From positions 4,864,001 to 4,928,000 of the forward strand of contig OY762069.1 of assembly GCA_963665095.1 (NCBI GenBank): a DNA stretch of 64,000 bases, read 5' to 3'. Shown piece after piece: positions 1 to 10,988 of this stretch (its first letter is position 1; each line of letters opens with the position of its first letter). Position numbers and translations under genes: made by a program. Source of the stretch: an uncultured Desulfobacter sp. (GTDB taxonomy: Bacteria > Desulfobacterota > Desulfobacteria > Desulfobacterales > Desulfobacteraceae). Under the pieces are notes generated by a model that worked only from the letters and a program-made list of their open reading frames with translations, searched no databases and was not told where the DNA came from.

Positions 1-7
1 AAAAGGT

Positions 8-1042
8 GTGGTTTCTCCATTGCGTAATATGATCAACATGCTGAAAGATATAGCATCCGGGGAAGGGGATCTGACCAAACGTATCATCGATAATTCCGGC
101 GACGAGACCCAGGAACTGGCAGATGTATTTAACCTGTTTATTGAAAATATCCAGGGAATGATTTCAGACATAAAAAATGATACCGGCAACCTTGCGGGCT
201 CATCCTCTGAGCTGGCCGGTATTTCCGATGAGTTGAACGCGGCAGCCGAAGAGACGTCGGGCCGCGCCGCCTCCGTGTCCAGTGCCTCTGAAAAGATGAG
301 TGATAATATGGATTCCATGTCAGCCGCCATGGAACAGGCCTCCAGCAATATTAATATGGTGTCTGCAGCATCCGAAGAGATGAGTGCCACTATCTCAGAA
401 ATTGCCCATAATGCTGAAAAGGCCCGAAATATAACAACGGAAGCCGTGAGCCAGGCCGAGCATGCCAGCTCCCAGGTGGAAGATCTCGGTTCGGCTGCCA
501 AAGAGATTTTTACCGTGGTGGAGACCATTACCGATATTTCCTCCCAGGTAAATCTTTTGGCCTTAAATGCCACCATTGAGGCAGCAAGGGCAGGAGAGGC
601 CGGGAAAGGGTTTGCTGTTGTTGCCAATGAAATCAAGGATCTCGCCAACCAGACCGCCAGCGCGTCAAGCCAGATTAAGGAACGTGTTGCAGGCATCCAG
701 CATTCCACTGAAGGGACCACGGCAGAGATCCTGTCCATCACCAAAGTGGTGGGGGATATCAACGATATCGTCTCCACCATTGCAGCGGCGGTGGAAGAAC
801 AGTCCGCCACCACAGGGGAAATTGCCCAGAATATTTCCCAGGCTTCTTTAGGGATTTCAGAGGTGAACGAAAATATAAATGAAGGGTCTGTTATGGCAAA
901 AGGGGTCTCCAGTGATGTAGGGGAGGTGACAACCGCCTCTTCAAAGATAGTGGATTCCTCAAGGCATGTGAAAGAAAAGGCTGCCGGCCTGTCGGCAATG
1001 GCAGAACACCTGTCTACAATGATGTCTAAATTTAAGGTATAA
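8..1042 (+). CDS. Methyl-accepting chemotaxis protein, C-terminal part (5' end lies outside the window)
   Basis: HAMP (GEGDLTKRI...ELADVFN) followed by the MCP signalling hairpin [34 protein letters not shown]. Confidence 0.93.
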   Translation: MVSPLRNMINMLKDIASGEGDLTKRIIDNSGDETQELADVFNLFIENIQGMISDIKNDTGNLAGSSSELAGISDELNAAAEETSGRAASVSSASEKMSDNMDSMSAAMEQASSNINMVSAASEEMSATISEIAHNAEKARNITTEAVSQAEHASSQVEDLGSAAKEIFTVVETITDISSQVNLLALNATIEAARAGEAGKGFAVVANEIKDLANQTASASSQIKERVAGIQHSTEGTTAEILSITKVVGDINDIVSTIAAAVEEQSATTGEIAQNISQASLGISEVNENINEGSVMAKGVSSDVGEVTTASSKIVDSSRHVKEKAAGLSAMAEHLSTMMSKFKV

Positions 1043-1054
1043 TCTTATCGATAT

Positions 1055-1088
1055 ATGCCGGCAGTCGAAGTCCCTCTGCTGCCGGCAT
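1055..1088 (+). terminator. Stem-loop after the MCP gene, probable terminator
   Basis: ATGCCGGCAG (1055-1064) and CTGCCGGCAT (1079-1088) form a perfect inverted repeat, followed by AT/T-rich sequence. Confidence 0.55.
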
Positions 1089-1353
1089 TATAATTTTAGC
1101 TTCATCTCCTTTGGTTCGATGTCTCTTTCGTTTATAGTAAATAAATGGAATGAGACATTTTTATATCAAATTCGACGCTCTCTTTAAACTGTTCTAATGC
1201 CCCAATTTTCCTTTTTAAAAATGGCGTTTTTTCTTTTTTTGAGATGGAAGAGAACGTCCTTTTCTTTTTAAAAAGAAATTGTGAGACACTATTGTCTTAA
1301 GGACTGGCATCTGCAAGAGCTTGAAATGGAAGGTTGTATTAAATAGTCTTTTA

Positions 1354-1388
1354 ATTCAAATGGTTATATTTGTGGCATGAAGTTTGAA
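1354..1388 (+). promoter_or_regulatory. Possible sigma-54 promoter with an adjacent IHF-like site upstream of the flavodoxin gene
   Basis: TGGCATGAAGTTTGAA (1373-1388) is GG-N10-GA against the GG-N10-GC consensus; ATTCAAATGGTTA (1354-1366) has one mismatch to WATCAANNNNTTR. Confidence 0.4.
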
Positions 1389-1479
1389 TAGAATACATAG
1401 AAATTGTTAGACAGCATGCAATTCAGCAACAATTTAAGTTTTGAATGGTCGGATTATTATTGTTAACAAGGAGGGCAGC

Positions 1480-1920
1480 ATGAAAAAAGTACTCGTTGCA
1501 TACACAAGCAGGGCAGGCACCACGGAAAAAATGGCACAATATCTGGCTGAAGGGGTTCGAATGGCAGGCGGAGAGGCTGTTCTTGAAAAAATATCCAGAC
1601 TGAAAAATGAAAAAGAGATTGCAGGATATGATGGTTACCTGTTCGGGTGCCCCACCTACCACAAGGATATGACCCAGGGAATGAAACAATTTCTTTTCCT
1701 TGCACAGCAAGCCGAACTTTCCACAAAGGCCGGGGGGGCATTCGGATCTCACACGCACAGTGGTGAATCCGCCCCAATGATTTACGATACCATGGAGCAT
1801 GTCTTTAAAATGAATGTTTCTGAGCTTGGACCTTTGAATCTTACTGAAGCAATGATGGGAACCGATGAGGGGACAAAAGCCTGTCAGCAGTATGGAAAGA
1901 ATCTGACGGAGAAATTATAG
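1480..1920 (+). CDS. Flavodoxin-domain protein (short chain)
   Basis: FMN loop YTSRAGTTEKMA, GCPTY and AFGSHTHSGE; ATG at 1480 follows the RBS AAGGAGG. Confidence 0.85.
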   Translation: MKKVLVAYTSRAGTTEKMAQYLAEGVRMAGGEAVLEKISRLKNEKEIAGYDGYLFGCPTYHKDMTQGMKQFLFLAQQAELSTKAGGAFGSHTHSGESAPMIYDTMEHVFKMNVSELGPLNLTEAMMGTDEGTKACQQYGKNLTEKL

Positions 1921-2084
1921 GTTCTATTAAGCGATCCTTTTGAGCGCCAATAAAGGCTGATTTGAATTTTCAGGCAGTTGCAGGAGGATGCCCGAAATTG
2001 AAATCGGCCTTAACTTGTTTCTTGCGGTGTGAATAGAGTCATCCATTCCGGAACGCTCTAATTTTGTCCGGCAGATTTTGAAAA

Positions 2085-2113
2085 TTGACATCAGAGCCGG
2101 TTTTGACTACAAC
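2085..2113 (+). promoter_or_regulatory. Possible sigma-70 promoter for dapL-moeA
   Basis: TTGACA-17 nt-TACAAC. Confidence 0.4.
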
Positions 2114-2196
2114 TCTATTTTATTAATAAATTATATTCCTGTCAGACTATACGATTCCGGCAGAGCCATTTTGAAATACGAGAAGAGGAAATTACC

Positions 2197-3423
2197 GTGA
2201 TTACAGCCAATGAAAATTATAATAAGCTCAATGCCTCATACCTGTTTGCAGATATTGCCAAACGTGTTCAAATCTACCAGGACGCCAATCCTGACAGAGA
2301 AGTCATCCGCTTAGGGATCGGCGATGTCACTCTGCCGCTTCCTCCGGCCGTGATCCAGGGGTTTAAACAGGGTGTGGAAGAGATGGCTCAAGGGGACTCC
2401 TTTAGAGGATACGGTCCTGAGCAGGGGTATGATTTTTTAAGACAGGCCATTGCAGCCAATGATTTTCAGTCCAGGGGCGCAGATATTGAAGCAGATGAGA
2501 TTTTTGTCTCTGATGGGGCCAAATGCGATACCGGCAACTTTCAGGAGCTGTTTTCCAACGATATCACCATTGCCATCCCAGATCCTGTCTATCCTGTCTA
2601 CCTTGACACCAATGTCATGGCCGGCAGAACCGGGGCTTTTCAGGATGGCCGGTACCAGGGCATTGTATATATGGACTGCCTCAAGGAAAAAGGATTTATG
2701 CCCGAGCTGCCCAAAAAAACAGTGGATCTGATTTATCTTTGTTTTCCCAATAATCCAACAGGGGCCACCGCCACAAAGCAGCAGCTGACCGTCTGGGTGG
2801 ACTATGCCCGGGAACACAAGGCCCTGATTCTGTTTGATGCTGCCTATGAGGCATTTATTCAGGATGAGTCCCTTCCTAAAAGCATCTATGAAATTCCAGG
2901 GGCCAAAGAAGTGGCTGTAGAGTTTAGAAGTTTTTCCAAAACCGCCGGATTTACAGGCACCCGCTGTGGCTTCACCGTGGTTCCCAAAGCGTGCATGGTA
3001 TACGGGACAGACGGATCAAAAATTTCCTTGCATGCCATGTGGAACCGCCGGCAATCTACCAAATTCAACGGAGTTTCCTATCCGGTGCAAAAGGCGGCGC
3101 AAGCGGTGTACAGTTCTGAAGGTCAGGCCCAGATCAAATCAAATATCGATTACTACCTGGCCAATGCCAAACTGGTCCGTCAGACTATGACTCAATTGGG
3201 CTTTGACCATGTGGGCGGAGAGAATTCTCCCTATATCTGGATTAACGGCCAGGGCCGTGATTCCTGGGCGTTTTTTGACCTGCTGCTGAACAAGGCCGGT
3301 GTGGTCTGTACCCCCGGGCAGGGGTTTGGCCGTTGCGGGGCAGAGTATATCCGAATCTCTGCATTCAACAGCCCTGAAAATGTAGCCAAAGCCATGGAGC
3401 GGTTAAAAACCGTTTTAAAATGA
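2197..3423 (+). CDS. dapL: LL-diaminopimelate aminotransferase
   Basis: [40 protein letters not shown] and [13 protein letters not shown] (PLP Lys). Confidence 0.95.
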   Translation: MITANENYNKLNASYLFADIAKRVQIYQDANPDREVIRLGIGDVTLPLPPAVIQGFKQGVEEMAQGDSFRGYGPEQGYDFLRQAIAANDFQSRGADIEADEIFVSDGAKCDTGNFQELFSNDITIAIPDPVYPVYLDTNVMAGRTGAFQDGRYQGIVYMDCLKEKGFMPELPKKTVDLIYLCFPNNPTGATATKQQLTVWVDYAREHKALILFDAAYEAFIQDESLPKSIYEIPGAKEVAVEFRSFSKTAGFTGTRCGFTVVPKACMVYGTDGSKISLHAMWNRRQSTKFNGVSYPVQKAAQAVYSSEGQAQIKSNIDYYLANAKLVRQTMTQLGFDHVGGENSPYIWINGQGRDSWAFFDLLLNKAGVVCTPGQGFGRCGAEYIRISAFNSPENVAKAMERLKTVLK

Positions 3424-4646
3424 CAAATTTTTTTCAGGTAAAATCACTGGACGAAGTTCTGGGTATGGCCCGTTTTTTTCCCCCAGTGGGCAGTGAGGAT
3501 ATCCAGATACAGGATGCGTTCTCAAGGGTTCTGGCGCAGGAGCTTGTCAGTGCAGAAGACCTGCCCGGATTCAGGCGCTCCTGTATGGATGGATATGCTG
3601 TAATGGCATCGTCCACCTTTGGGGCCTCTGAATCAAATCCGGCCTGGCTGAATATTCGGGGCAGTATTGCCATGGGAGAAATTCCTGATTTTGAACTGGG
3701 TCCCCAGCAGGCCGCCCGGATTTCCACCGGCGGGATGCTGCCAGCGGGCGCTGATGCCGTGGTCATGGTGGAGCACACCGAGGCAGTGGATGATCTGTCC
3801 GTTGAAATTTATAAATCCGTGGCACCTTTGACCCATGTGATTGATGCGTGCGAGGATTTCGGCGCAGGACAGACGGTCATTAACAAAGGCCGGCTGATGC
3901 GGCCCCAGGAGATAGGTCTGGCTGCCGGTTTAGGGATTACCTCCATATCAGCATACAAGATCCCAAGGGTGGGAATCGTTTCTACCGGAGATGAGGTGAT
4001 TCCTGTGGATAAAACACCGGCACCGGGAAGAATACGGGATATTAACTCATACTCCTTGTCCGCACTGGTGTCTCAGGCCGGAGGGGTGCCTGTTAGATAT
4101 GGCATTGTCAAAGATGATCCGGACGTCTTGAATTCCTTCTGCAGGAAAGCGCTATCCCAGACCGACATGGTGCTGATCTCCGGTGGTTCTTCCGTGGGTA
4201 CCAGGGATTATACCGTAGATGTGCTCTCAGGCCTGCCTGATACACAAATTCTGGTTCATGGTATCTCGCTGAGCCCTGGTAAGCCAACAATCCTTGCCCG
4301 ATCAGGCGGTATTCCTGTGTGGGGATTGCCGGGCCAGGTGGTCTCTGCCATGGTGGTCTTTCAAGTTGTGGTGGCACCGTTTCTTCACCAGATCAGGGGG
4401 CTGGCAAAGCCGGTATCTTATATCAGAGCAAAAGCCCGGTTATCCCGCAATATTGCATCGGCCCAGGGCCGCAGGGATTTTGTCCGGGTGGCACTGGATA
4501 AAGATGGTCAGGAACTTGTGGCACGGCCGCTTCTTGGTAAATCCGGGCTTATCCGGACCATGGTGCAGGCTGACGGGCTTCTGGAAATCGGGGAACATGT
4601 TGAAGGCCTGGAAAAAGATAATATTGTGGATATCATTCTTCTATAA
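3420..4646 (+). CDS. moeA: Molybdopterin molybdotransferase MoeA (gephyrin-like)
   Basis: [42 protein letters not shown] and GLPG motifs; 4-bp overlap with dapL. Confidence 0.93.
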   Translation: MTNFFQVKSLDEVLGMARFFPPVGSEDIQIQDAFSRVLAQELVSAEDLPGFRRSCMDGYAVMASSTFGASESNPAWLNIRGSIAMGEIPDFELGPQQAARISTGGMLPAGADAVVMVEHTEAVDDLSVEIYKSVAPLTHVIDACEDFGAGQTVINKGRLMRPQEIGLAAGLGITSISAYKIPRVGIVSTGDEVIPVDKTPAPGRIRDINSYSLSALVSQAGGVPVRYGIVKDDPDVLNSFCRKALSQTDMVLISGGSSVGTRDYTVDVLSGLPDTQILVHGISLSPGKPTILARSGGIPVWGLPGQVVSAMVVFQVVVAPFLHQIRGLAKPVSYIRAKARLSRNIASAQGRRDFVRVALDKDGQELVARPLLGKSGLIRTMVQADGLLEIGEHVEGLEKDNIVDIILL

Positions 4647-4738
4647 TAGTTGCGAGTTATCCTTAAGCCTCTTTTTTAGAAGATAACACCCAGGAAGTTT
4701 AGAAATACAGACGCTTTCATAAGAGCAGGGAATTTCCC

Positions 4739-6673
4739 ATGGAAACGAAACGAAATGTTTATTTGAATATGGTAGGTATTCCGGAGGCGCTGGATTGCCT
4801 GTTTGATAATTTTGGTCACCTGGAAACCGGCGTTGAAACCCTGGATGTCGTGGATGCCCGGGGCCGGGTTTTAGCTGAACCGGCTGTGGCTGCTATATCT
4901 TCTCCAAACTTCCATGCGGCTGCCATGGACGGGGTGGCTGTGGACGCCCAATCCACCTTCGGGGCCAGCGATGATGCCCCTAAATCCCTGTACATCGGGA
5001 AGACGGCGTTCTGGGTGAACACCGGTCATGTGCTCCCTTCTGACACCAATGCTGTGATCATGATCGAGAATCTCAACATTCTGGATGAAAATACCATAGA
5101 AATTGAAGCACCGGCCTTTCCCTGGCAGCATGTTCGTAAAATGGGGGAGGATATTGTCGCCACCCAGCTGCTGTTTCCCAGAGACCATCAGATCAATGCC
5201 TATGCCATGGGCGCACTCTTGTCTGGCGGTGTGTTTCAGGTGGTGGTTAGAAAAAGGCCCCGGGTGTTGATCATTCCAACCGGCTCAGAGCTAAAAAACT
5301 GGCAGGAGGTGGCGCCTGAAACCTTAGGCCCGGGTGAAGTGGTCGAGTCCAATTCAACCGTGCTTGCCGCTTTGTGTCGGGATTTGGGTGCTGAGCCAGT
5401 GGTAAATGCCAGGGTCAGGGATGATATGGACGCCATCAGGGAGACGGTATCCCATGGAGTAGACCAGGAATATGACATGATTATGATCATTGGCGGGTCT
5501 TCTGCCGGGTCAAAAGATTATTCAAAGCCGGTTATTGAATGCTTGGGCCGGATTTATGTCCATGGCGTAACCATGATGCCGGGCAAGCCCCTGATGTTTG
5601 GTCAGGTCGGGAGTATTCCGATATTTGGAATCCCGGGCTATCCAGTCTCTGCCATTGTGGCTTTTGAAATGTTTGCAGGGCCGTTACTTTCAGGAATGCA
5701 GCATCTGCCGCAGGTTAAACGTACAGCCGTGCGGGTGTCTCCGGTACGCAAAATGGCCTCCAAGCTTGGTCAGGAAGAATTTATCCGGGTGAAAATCGGT
5801 TCTGTCAATGACCGGCTGATGTCGTCCCAGCTGCCCAGGGGGGCTGGTGCTATTACCACCCTGACCGAAGCAGACGGGATTATTCGTATTCCTGCACATG
5901 TGGAGGGCCTTCCGCCGGAAGAGATGGTTGACGCCCTGCTGCTGAGACCCCTTGAATCCATCGAGAATACCGTTGTTATTACCGGCTCCCATGACAATAC
6001 CCTGGATCTTCTGGCAGATCAGATTCGTCTGGTACACCCGGGCATTGGCATTTCATCAAGCCATGTGGGGAGTATGGGGGGGCTGATGGCCATTAAAAAA
6101 GGGGGGTGCCACATGGCCGGATGTCATCTGCTGGATCCGGATGACGGCTCTTATAATATCTCTTATATCAAAAAATACCTGCCTGATGTGCCGGTGCGCC
6201 TGGTGAACCTTGTCATGCGTGAACAGGGGTTGATTCTACCCAAAGGTAATCCTGACAAAGTGAAGAGTTTAGGCGATATCGCCGATAAAAAGCTTGCTTT
6301 TATCAATCGTCAGCCAGGTTCTGGAACCCGGATCCTTTTGGATTTCAGCTTAAAGGAAAAAAGGATCTCATCAGATCAGATTATAGGATATGAGAATGAA
6401 GAATATACGCATATGTCCGTGGCTGTAGCGGTACTGTCCGGCCGGGCTCGGTCCGGGCTTGGTATCAAAGCAGCTGCCCGGGCTCTGAACTTGGATTTTC
6501 TGTCCGTGGTCACCGAATCCTATGATCTGGTCATACCGGAAGCATATGCAGATTTGCCAAAAGTTCAGGCTCTGCTTGAGACGATCAGAAGTTCAGAATT
6601 TAAAGAACGGGTGACGGCTCTGGGGGGGTATGGGGTGGAAAGAACCGGAGATGAATTGTTCCGGTCTTTTTAA
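4739..6673 (+). CDS. moeA: MoeA fused to a C-terminal PBP-type (LysR substrate-binding-like) domain
   Basis: AAMDGVAV, PTGSE, GGSSAG, PGKP and GIPGYP, then GSHD, VGSMGGL, NRQPGSGTR and THMSVA of the PBP-like domain. Confidence 0.9.
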   Translation: METKRNVYLNMVGIPEALDCLFDNFGHLETGVETLDVVDARGRVLAEPAVAAISSPNFHAAAMDGVAVDAQSTFGASDDAPKSLYIGKTAFWVNTGHVLPSDTNAVIMIENLNILDENTIEIEAPAFPWQHVRKMGEDIVATQLLFPRDHQINAYAMGALLSGGVFQVVVRKRPRVLIIPTGSELKNWQEVAPETLGPGEVVESNSTVLAALCRDLGAEPVVNARVRDDMDAIRETVSHGVDQEYDMIMIIGGSSAGSKDYSKPVIECLGRIYVHGVTMMPGKPLMFGQVGSIPIFGIPGYPVSAIVAFEMFAGPLLSGMQHLPQVKRTAVRVSPVRKMASKLGQEEFIRVKIGSVNDRLMSSQLPRGAGAITTLTEADGIIRIPAHVEGLPPEEMVDALLLRPLESIENTVVITGSHDNTLDLLADQIRLVHPGIGISSSHVGSMGGLMAIKKGGCHMAGCHLLDPDDGSYNISYIKKYLPDVPVRLVNLVMREQGLILPKGNPDKVKSLGDIADKKLAFINRQPGSGTRILLDFSLKEKRISSDQIIGYENEEYTHMSVAVAVLSGRARSGLGIKAAARALNLDFLSVVTESYDLVIPEAYADLPKVQALLETIRSSEFKERVTALGGYGVERTGDELFRSF

Positions 6674-6854
6674 GCACCGTTTTATTCAGAATTTTGATTC
6701 GTATTTGTGGTGTGTTTTATCAGGCCGGTAAAAAGTGATAAAAATCAATATACTAGCGCTCTTCTAATGACTTCATAATATCCTGATAACCATTTCCTGC
6801 TATTTGTATTCTGTATTTTTCCAAAAATATCTATCATGGAGGCAAATACAGGAA

Positions 6855-7283
6855 ATGTCACACCTTTCGCAAATTTCTTCGGAACGGTATATCCCGGCAG
6901 AAAATGAACCCTATATGAGCAAAGCGCAGATCTCCTATTTCAAGGAAAAACTGATGGAGCGAAAAGATCAGATTCGCACCAGAATTTCAGAGTCAATTAA
7001 AAAAATTAAAACGCTGGAGGCTGCCCAGGCAGATATCCTTGACCGGAGTAACTCGTACATTAACCTGGAGCTTGAAGTGAAGTCTTTTGAGCGCCACTCC
7101 TCCCTGATGGATCAGGTGGATCGGGCGCTGCAGCGTATTGCTGACGGCAGTTTCGGGTACTGTGAGTTGACAGGCAGCGAAATCGGACTTCGGCGGCTTG
7201 AGGCCATTCCCTTTGCGGCCATGTCCATCAAGGCCTTAGAGGAGCTTGAAACCGGTCGGAAATCCGATATTTTGTTTTCTTAA
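6855..7283 (+). CDS. dksA: DksA/TraR family RNA polymerase-binding protein, single-Cys type
   Basis: YMSKAQISYFKEKL, coiled-coil tip DILDRS and ALQRIADGSFGYCELTGSEIGLRRLEAIP; ATG at 6855 preceded by AGGA (the ORF track starts at 6804). Confidence 0.8.
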   Translation: MSHLSQISSERYIPAENEPYMSKAQISYFKEKLMERKDQIRTRISESIKKIKTLEAAQADILDRSNSYINLELEVKSFERHSSLMDQVDRALQRIADGSFGYCELTGSEIGLRRLEAIPFAAMSIKALEELETGRKSDILFS

Positions 7284-7352
7284 ACCTATCCAGTTCCCTG
7301 TTCTGTGTGCGCGTGATTTGATTTCGATTTTAATCTGAGTTTGCACGGCATA

Positions 7353-7399
7353 AAAAACCCGTCCCCCTCAAAATATACATTGGAGGGGGACGGGTTTTT
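7353..7399. terminator. Bidirectional intrinsic terminator between dksA and the OmpA-family gene
   Basis: AAAAACCCGTCCCCCTC ... GAGGGGGACGGGTTTTT perfect 17-bp inverted repeat with A/T tails. Confidence 0.85.
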
Positions 7400-7430
7400 A
7401 ATCTATTTATTAACCTTTAGCGGCTAAAAA

Positions 7431-8585
7431 TCAGTAGGGATGGATTTCGACCCTTCTATTCAGAGACCGGCCAAAATCAGTGCCGTTCAGGGCAACCGGT
7501 TTGGTGAAACCAAATCCTGTGGTGGCCATCCGGTTGCGGGCAATGCCCTTGTCAACCAGGTAAAGGGCAACCGCATTGGATCTTCTCATGGACAGATCCA
7601 TGTTGTACTCCTCTGTACCAACGTTATCCGTGTGGCCCTGAAGCTCTACACTCATTGTTGGATTTTTTTCCAGAATGGCGGCAATCGCGTCTAACTGGGG
7701 ATACGCTTCTGATTTGATTACGTCTTTGTCGAAATCGAACAGAACATTGTCAAGAGCCCAGCAGCCAACGGCATTTACCTGTGCGCCTGCAGGCGTTCCA
7801 GGGCACTGGTCTTCATCATCCAGAACGCCGTCCCCATCACTGTCTTTGGGTGTCGGAGCCGCAGGTGCTGCAACAACGGGTTTTGGAGCAACTTTATTCA
7901 GGAAAACGTTTTTAACAAAAGTAGCCATTCCATCACTTCCCAGTATGTCATTGGCATTTACGAGGGAGCTGCAGTCACCAATGCTGGCAATTTTGGACAG
8001 ATAATCAGTACCTTCCGCTGAAGTACCCACCTGGATGGGATAAAAGCATATGGCATCGCCGTATTGCGCTTTAAGGGCTTCTGTATTTGCTGTCTTATTC
8101 TCCATGTTCAGACCGTCGGAAATTATCACTACAGCAGTTTTGCCTGAAAGAGCTTCAAGGTCTGCGCCCATGGCAACCATTGCGTCTTCTACATGGCCGG
8201 CTCCGCCCACTTTGCTCACAAGGTCAAGCTTATCCGCCAAGGCAGAAGTACTGTATGTTTCCATACCGTAGAACAGCTCGGTTTTCTTTTTAGATACAGC
8301 GTCCGCATGGCCGATAGATCTCAGCCCCGCTGTTTGTCCCAGTTCCGGAATGGTCAGATTCATACGTTCGGTAACAGCTTTGGCAATCGCAAATTTGCCA
8401 TCGTGTCCCATGGAACTGGACGCATCAAAAATAATAATAAAGTTGTCTACCTTGGATTGGTATGTTGAATCAAACTGCTGGGCAGAAAATGAGGGAAAAT
8501 CTACTGCCTGTTTGCCGGCACAACCGAACAAAAACAGTACTGCAGTTATGGCCAACATACTCTGGATTAAGCGCTTCTTATTCAT
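7431..8585 (-). CDS. OmpA-family lipoprotein with a VWA domain and a TSP3-like acidic repeat
   Basis: Lipobox-like LFLFGC; MIDAS-like DASSS and IISDG; DSDGDGVLDDEDQCP; OmpA C-terminal domain FDFDK, GHTD...N.DLS.RR and NRRVE. Confidence 0.88.
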   Translation of the reverse strand: MNKKRLIQSMLAITAVLFLFGCAGKQAVDFPSFSAQQFDSTYQSKVDNFIIIFDASSSMGHDGKFAIAKAVTERMNLTIPELGQTAGLRSIGHADAVSKKKTELFYGMETYSTSALADKLDLVSKVGGAGHVEDAMVAMGADLEALSGKTAVVIISDGLNMENKTANTEALKAQYGDAICFYPIQVGTSAEGTDYLSKIASIGDCSSLVNANDILGSDGMATFVKNVFLNKVAPKPVVAAPAAPTPKDSDGDGVLDDEDQCPGTPAGAQVNAVGCWALDNVLFDFDKDVIKSEAYPQLDAIAAILEKNPTMSVELQGHTDNVGTEEYNMDLSMRRSNAVALYLVDKGIARNRMATTGFGFTKPVALNGTDFGRSLNRRVEIHPY

Positions 8586-8812
8586 TTCATCTCCTTTTGC
8601 TTAATTTATTATCAAGCAGTTGTTAAATTAGCTATTCAGCTAAAAAAATACTCGGTTATTTTACCTAATAAAAAGAATGAAATCAACGGTTGTTTTCAAG
8701 ATTTGGTTTAGTAAGTTCTAGGTTAAGATATTGCAATTTTAATGCAACAATTATATACGAATGGCCATAATTATGCTGTCTGTGTTCTTCAACATATAAC
8801 TCAGGAAATAAA

Positions 8813-9616
8813 ATGGAAATATATCAGGGAATTATTCTGGGTGTTATACAGGGCCTGACTGAATTCTTACCTGTAAGCAGTTCAGGGCATCTGGTTCTTG
8901 GCCAGATTTTTTTTAACATTACGGAAGGCGGCCTTGTGTTTGATGTCTCTGTGCATATGGGCACCCTGGCCGCCGTATTGGTCGTTTATTACAAGGACAT
9001 ACGCGGGATTGTGGAAAGCCTGATTTATTATGCCGGCACCCGGGACCGCTCCGGACACGAGGAAAATCTGGCCCTGGCTTTGGGTATTATTGCAGGCTCC
9101 GTCCCTACTGCGTTGATTGGTTTGGGCTTGAAGGCATTTGAGAATATATTGTTTACCTCATCCCTTCTGGTTGGCTTCATGCTTCTGGTAACCGGTCTTG
9201 TTTTGTGGATATCAAGACGCTATTACCGGGTGGACTGCGGCGGCCCGTTGACCCTGAAAAGGTCTGTTATTGTCGGTATTGTCCAGGGCCTGGCAGTAAT
9301 ACCTGGTATCTCCCGGTCCGGTTCCACCATTGCAGCAGGGCTTTTTACCGGTTTAAGCCGGGAGGCGGCCGCGCGGTTTTCTTTTCTTTTATCTGTCCCC
9401 GCTATCTTAGGGGCTCAGGTGATCAGTGTAAAAGATGTATTAGAATCTGGCGGACACATTGACCAGGCCGCCATTTATGGTACAATTATCTCATTCATTG
9501 TCGGGCTGGCAGCATTAAAAGTATTATTAAAATTGGTTAACACAGGAAAATTTCATCTGTTCGCCCCTTATTGCTGGCTGGCCGGAATTCTGGCGCTTTT
9601 ATCAAATCTTTTATAA
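8813..9616 (+). CDS. uppP: Undecaprenyl-diphosphatase (BacA)
   Basis: QGLTEFLPVSSSGHL and PGISRSGSTI signatures. Confidence 0.96.
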   Translation: MEIYQGIILGVIQGLTEFLPVSSSGHLVLGQIFFNITEGGLVFDVSVHMGTLAAVLVVYYKDIRGIVESLIYYAGTRDRSGHEENLALALGIIAGSVPTALIGLGLKAFENILFTSSLLVGFMLLVTGLVLWISRRYYRVDCGGPLTLKRSVIVGIVQGLAVIPGISRSGSTIAAGLFTGLSREAAARFSFLLSVPAILGAQVISVKDVLESGGHIDQAAIYGTIISFIVGLAALKVLLKLVNTGKFHLFAPYCWLAGILALLSNLL

Positions 9617-9626
9617 GGAGGATCCT

Positions 9627-10979
9627 ATGCATCCTGGAATATTCAGGGAGTATGACATCCGCGGGATTGCCGGAGAAGAGATCACCGCACAGGATGCCAA
9701 TGCCGTGGGAAAGGCCTATGGGTCAATGCTTTCCGTCCAGGGACGTAAAAAAGTATCCGTGGGACGGGACTGCCGCAAAACATCTGATGAGTTTTCAAAA
9801 GCATTTGTTGACGGTGTCCTTTCCACGGGGTGTGATGTCACTGATATCGGTGTATGCCCCACACCGGTCTTGTACTTTTCCATTCACCATCTGTCCTTAG
9901 AGGGTGGGGCCATGATTACGGCCAGCCACAACCCGCCGGAATATAACGGATTCAAACTGATGAGCGGGCTTGATTCCATCCACAGCCAGGGGCTGCAGGA
10001 TATCCGGAAGATTATCGAGGACCAGGCTTATGTTACTGGAAGCGGGCAGCTGACCCAGGTGGATGTGATGACACCATATAAAGCCATGATTGTGGATAAT
10101 ATCACATTGAAAAAGCCGCTTCGGGTTGGTATTGATGCCGGAAACGGTACCGGCGGTCTTACCGCGCTTCCGGTTTTGAAACAACTGGGCTGTGAGGTCC
10201 ATGCGCTATACTGTGATCTTGACGGCAGTTTTCCCAACCATGAGGCCGATCCCACCCAGAAAAAGAACATGACCGATCTCATTGCCCTGGTGGAAAAAGA
10301 GAAACTGGACATCGGCATCGGGTATGACGGAGATGCCGACCGCATTGGCGTGGTGGACCGCCATGGCAACCTCATCTACGGGGACCAGCTCATGGTGATC
10401 TATGCCAGAGAGATCCTGTCACGCAATCCCGGCGCCACTTTTATCTCAGAAGTCAAATGCTCCATGGTCATGTATGATGAGATCAATAAAATGGGCGGCA
10501 ACGCCATCATGTGGCGGACCGGCCACTCTTTGATCAAAAAGAAGATGAAAGAGGAAGATGCGGCCTTAGCAGGTGAAATGAGCGGGCATATGTTTTTTAA
10601 GGACCGCTACTATGGGTTTGATGATGCTCTGTACGCCAGCTGCCGGCTTTTAGAGATCATGGATACCACCGGTCTTGGCGTGGATGAGCTGATCAAGGAT
10701 CTGCCCAAAACCTTTACTACGCCTGAGCTTCGTGTGGAGTGCCCGGATGAGGTAAAGTTCAAGGTTGTGGAAAAGATAGTGGCATTGTATAAAGCCCGGC
10801 AGAAAGTGATTGATATTGACGGGATGCGGGCCATTTATGATGACGGGTGGGGCCTTGTACGGGCGTCCAACACCCAGCCGGCCCTGGTGCTGCGCTTTGA
10901 AGCATTAACTGAATCCCGTCTGGAAGAGATCAGAACTGAAATTGAAACGGATTTGAAAAAAATTATTGAGGACTCATAA
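9627..10979 (+). CDS. Phosphomannomutase/phosphoglucomutase
   Basis: IFREYDIRG, TASHNP (phospho-Ser), DGDADR (metal loop), GEMSGH and VRASNTQP. Confidence 0.95.
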   Translation: MHPGIFREYDIRGIAGEEITAQDANAVGKAYGSMLSVQGRKKVSVGRDCRKTSDEFSKAFVDGVLSTGCDVTDIGVCPTPVLYFSIHHLSLEGGAMITASHNPPEYNGFKLMSGLDSIHSQGLQDIRKIIEDQAYVTGSGQLTQVDVMTPYKAMIVDNITLKKPLRVGIDAGNGTGGLTALPVLKQLGCEVHALYCDLDGSFPNHEADPTQKKNMTDLIALVEKEKLDIGIGYDGDADRIGVVDRHGNLIYGDQLMVIYAREILSRNPGATFISEVKCSMVMYDEINKMGGNAIMWRTGHSLIKKKMKEEDAALAGEMSGHMFFKDRYYGFDDALYASCRLLEIMDTTGLGVDELIKDLPKTFTTPELRVECPDEVKFKVVEKIVALYKARQKVIDIDGMRAIYDDGWGLVRASNTQPALVLRFEALTESRLEEIRTEIETDLKKIIEDS

Positions 10980-10988
10980 GCTTTTTTT

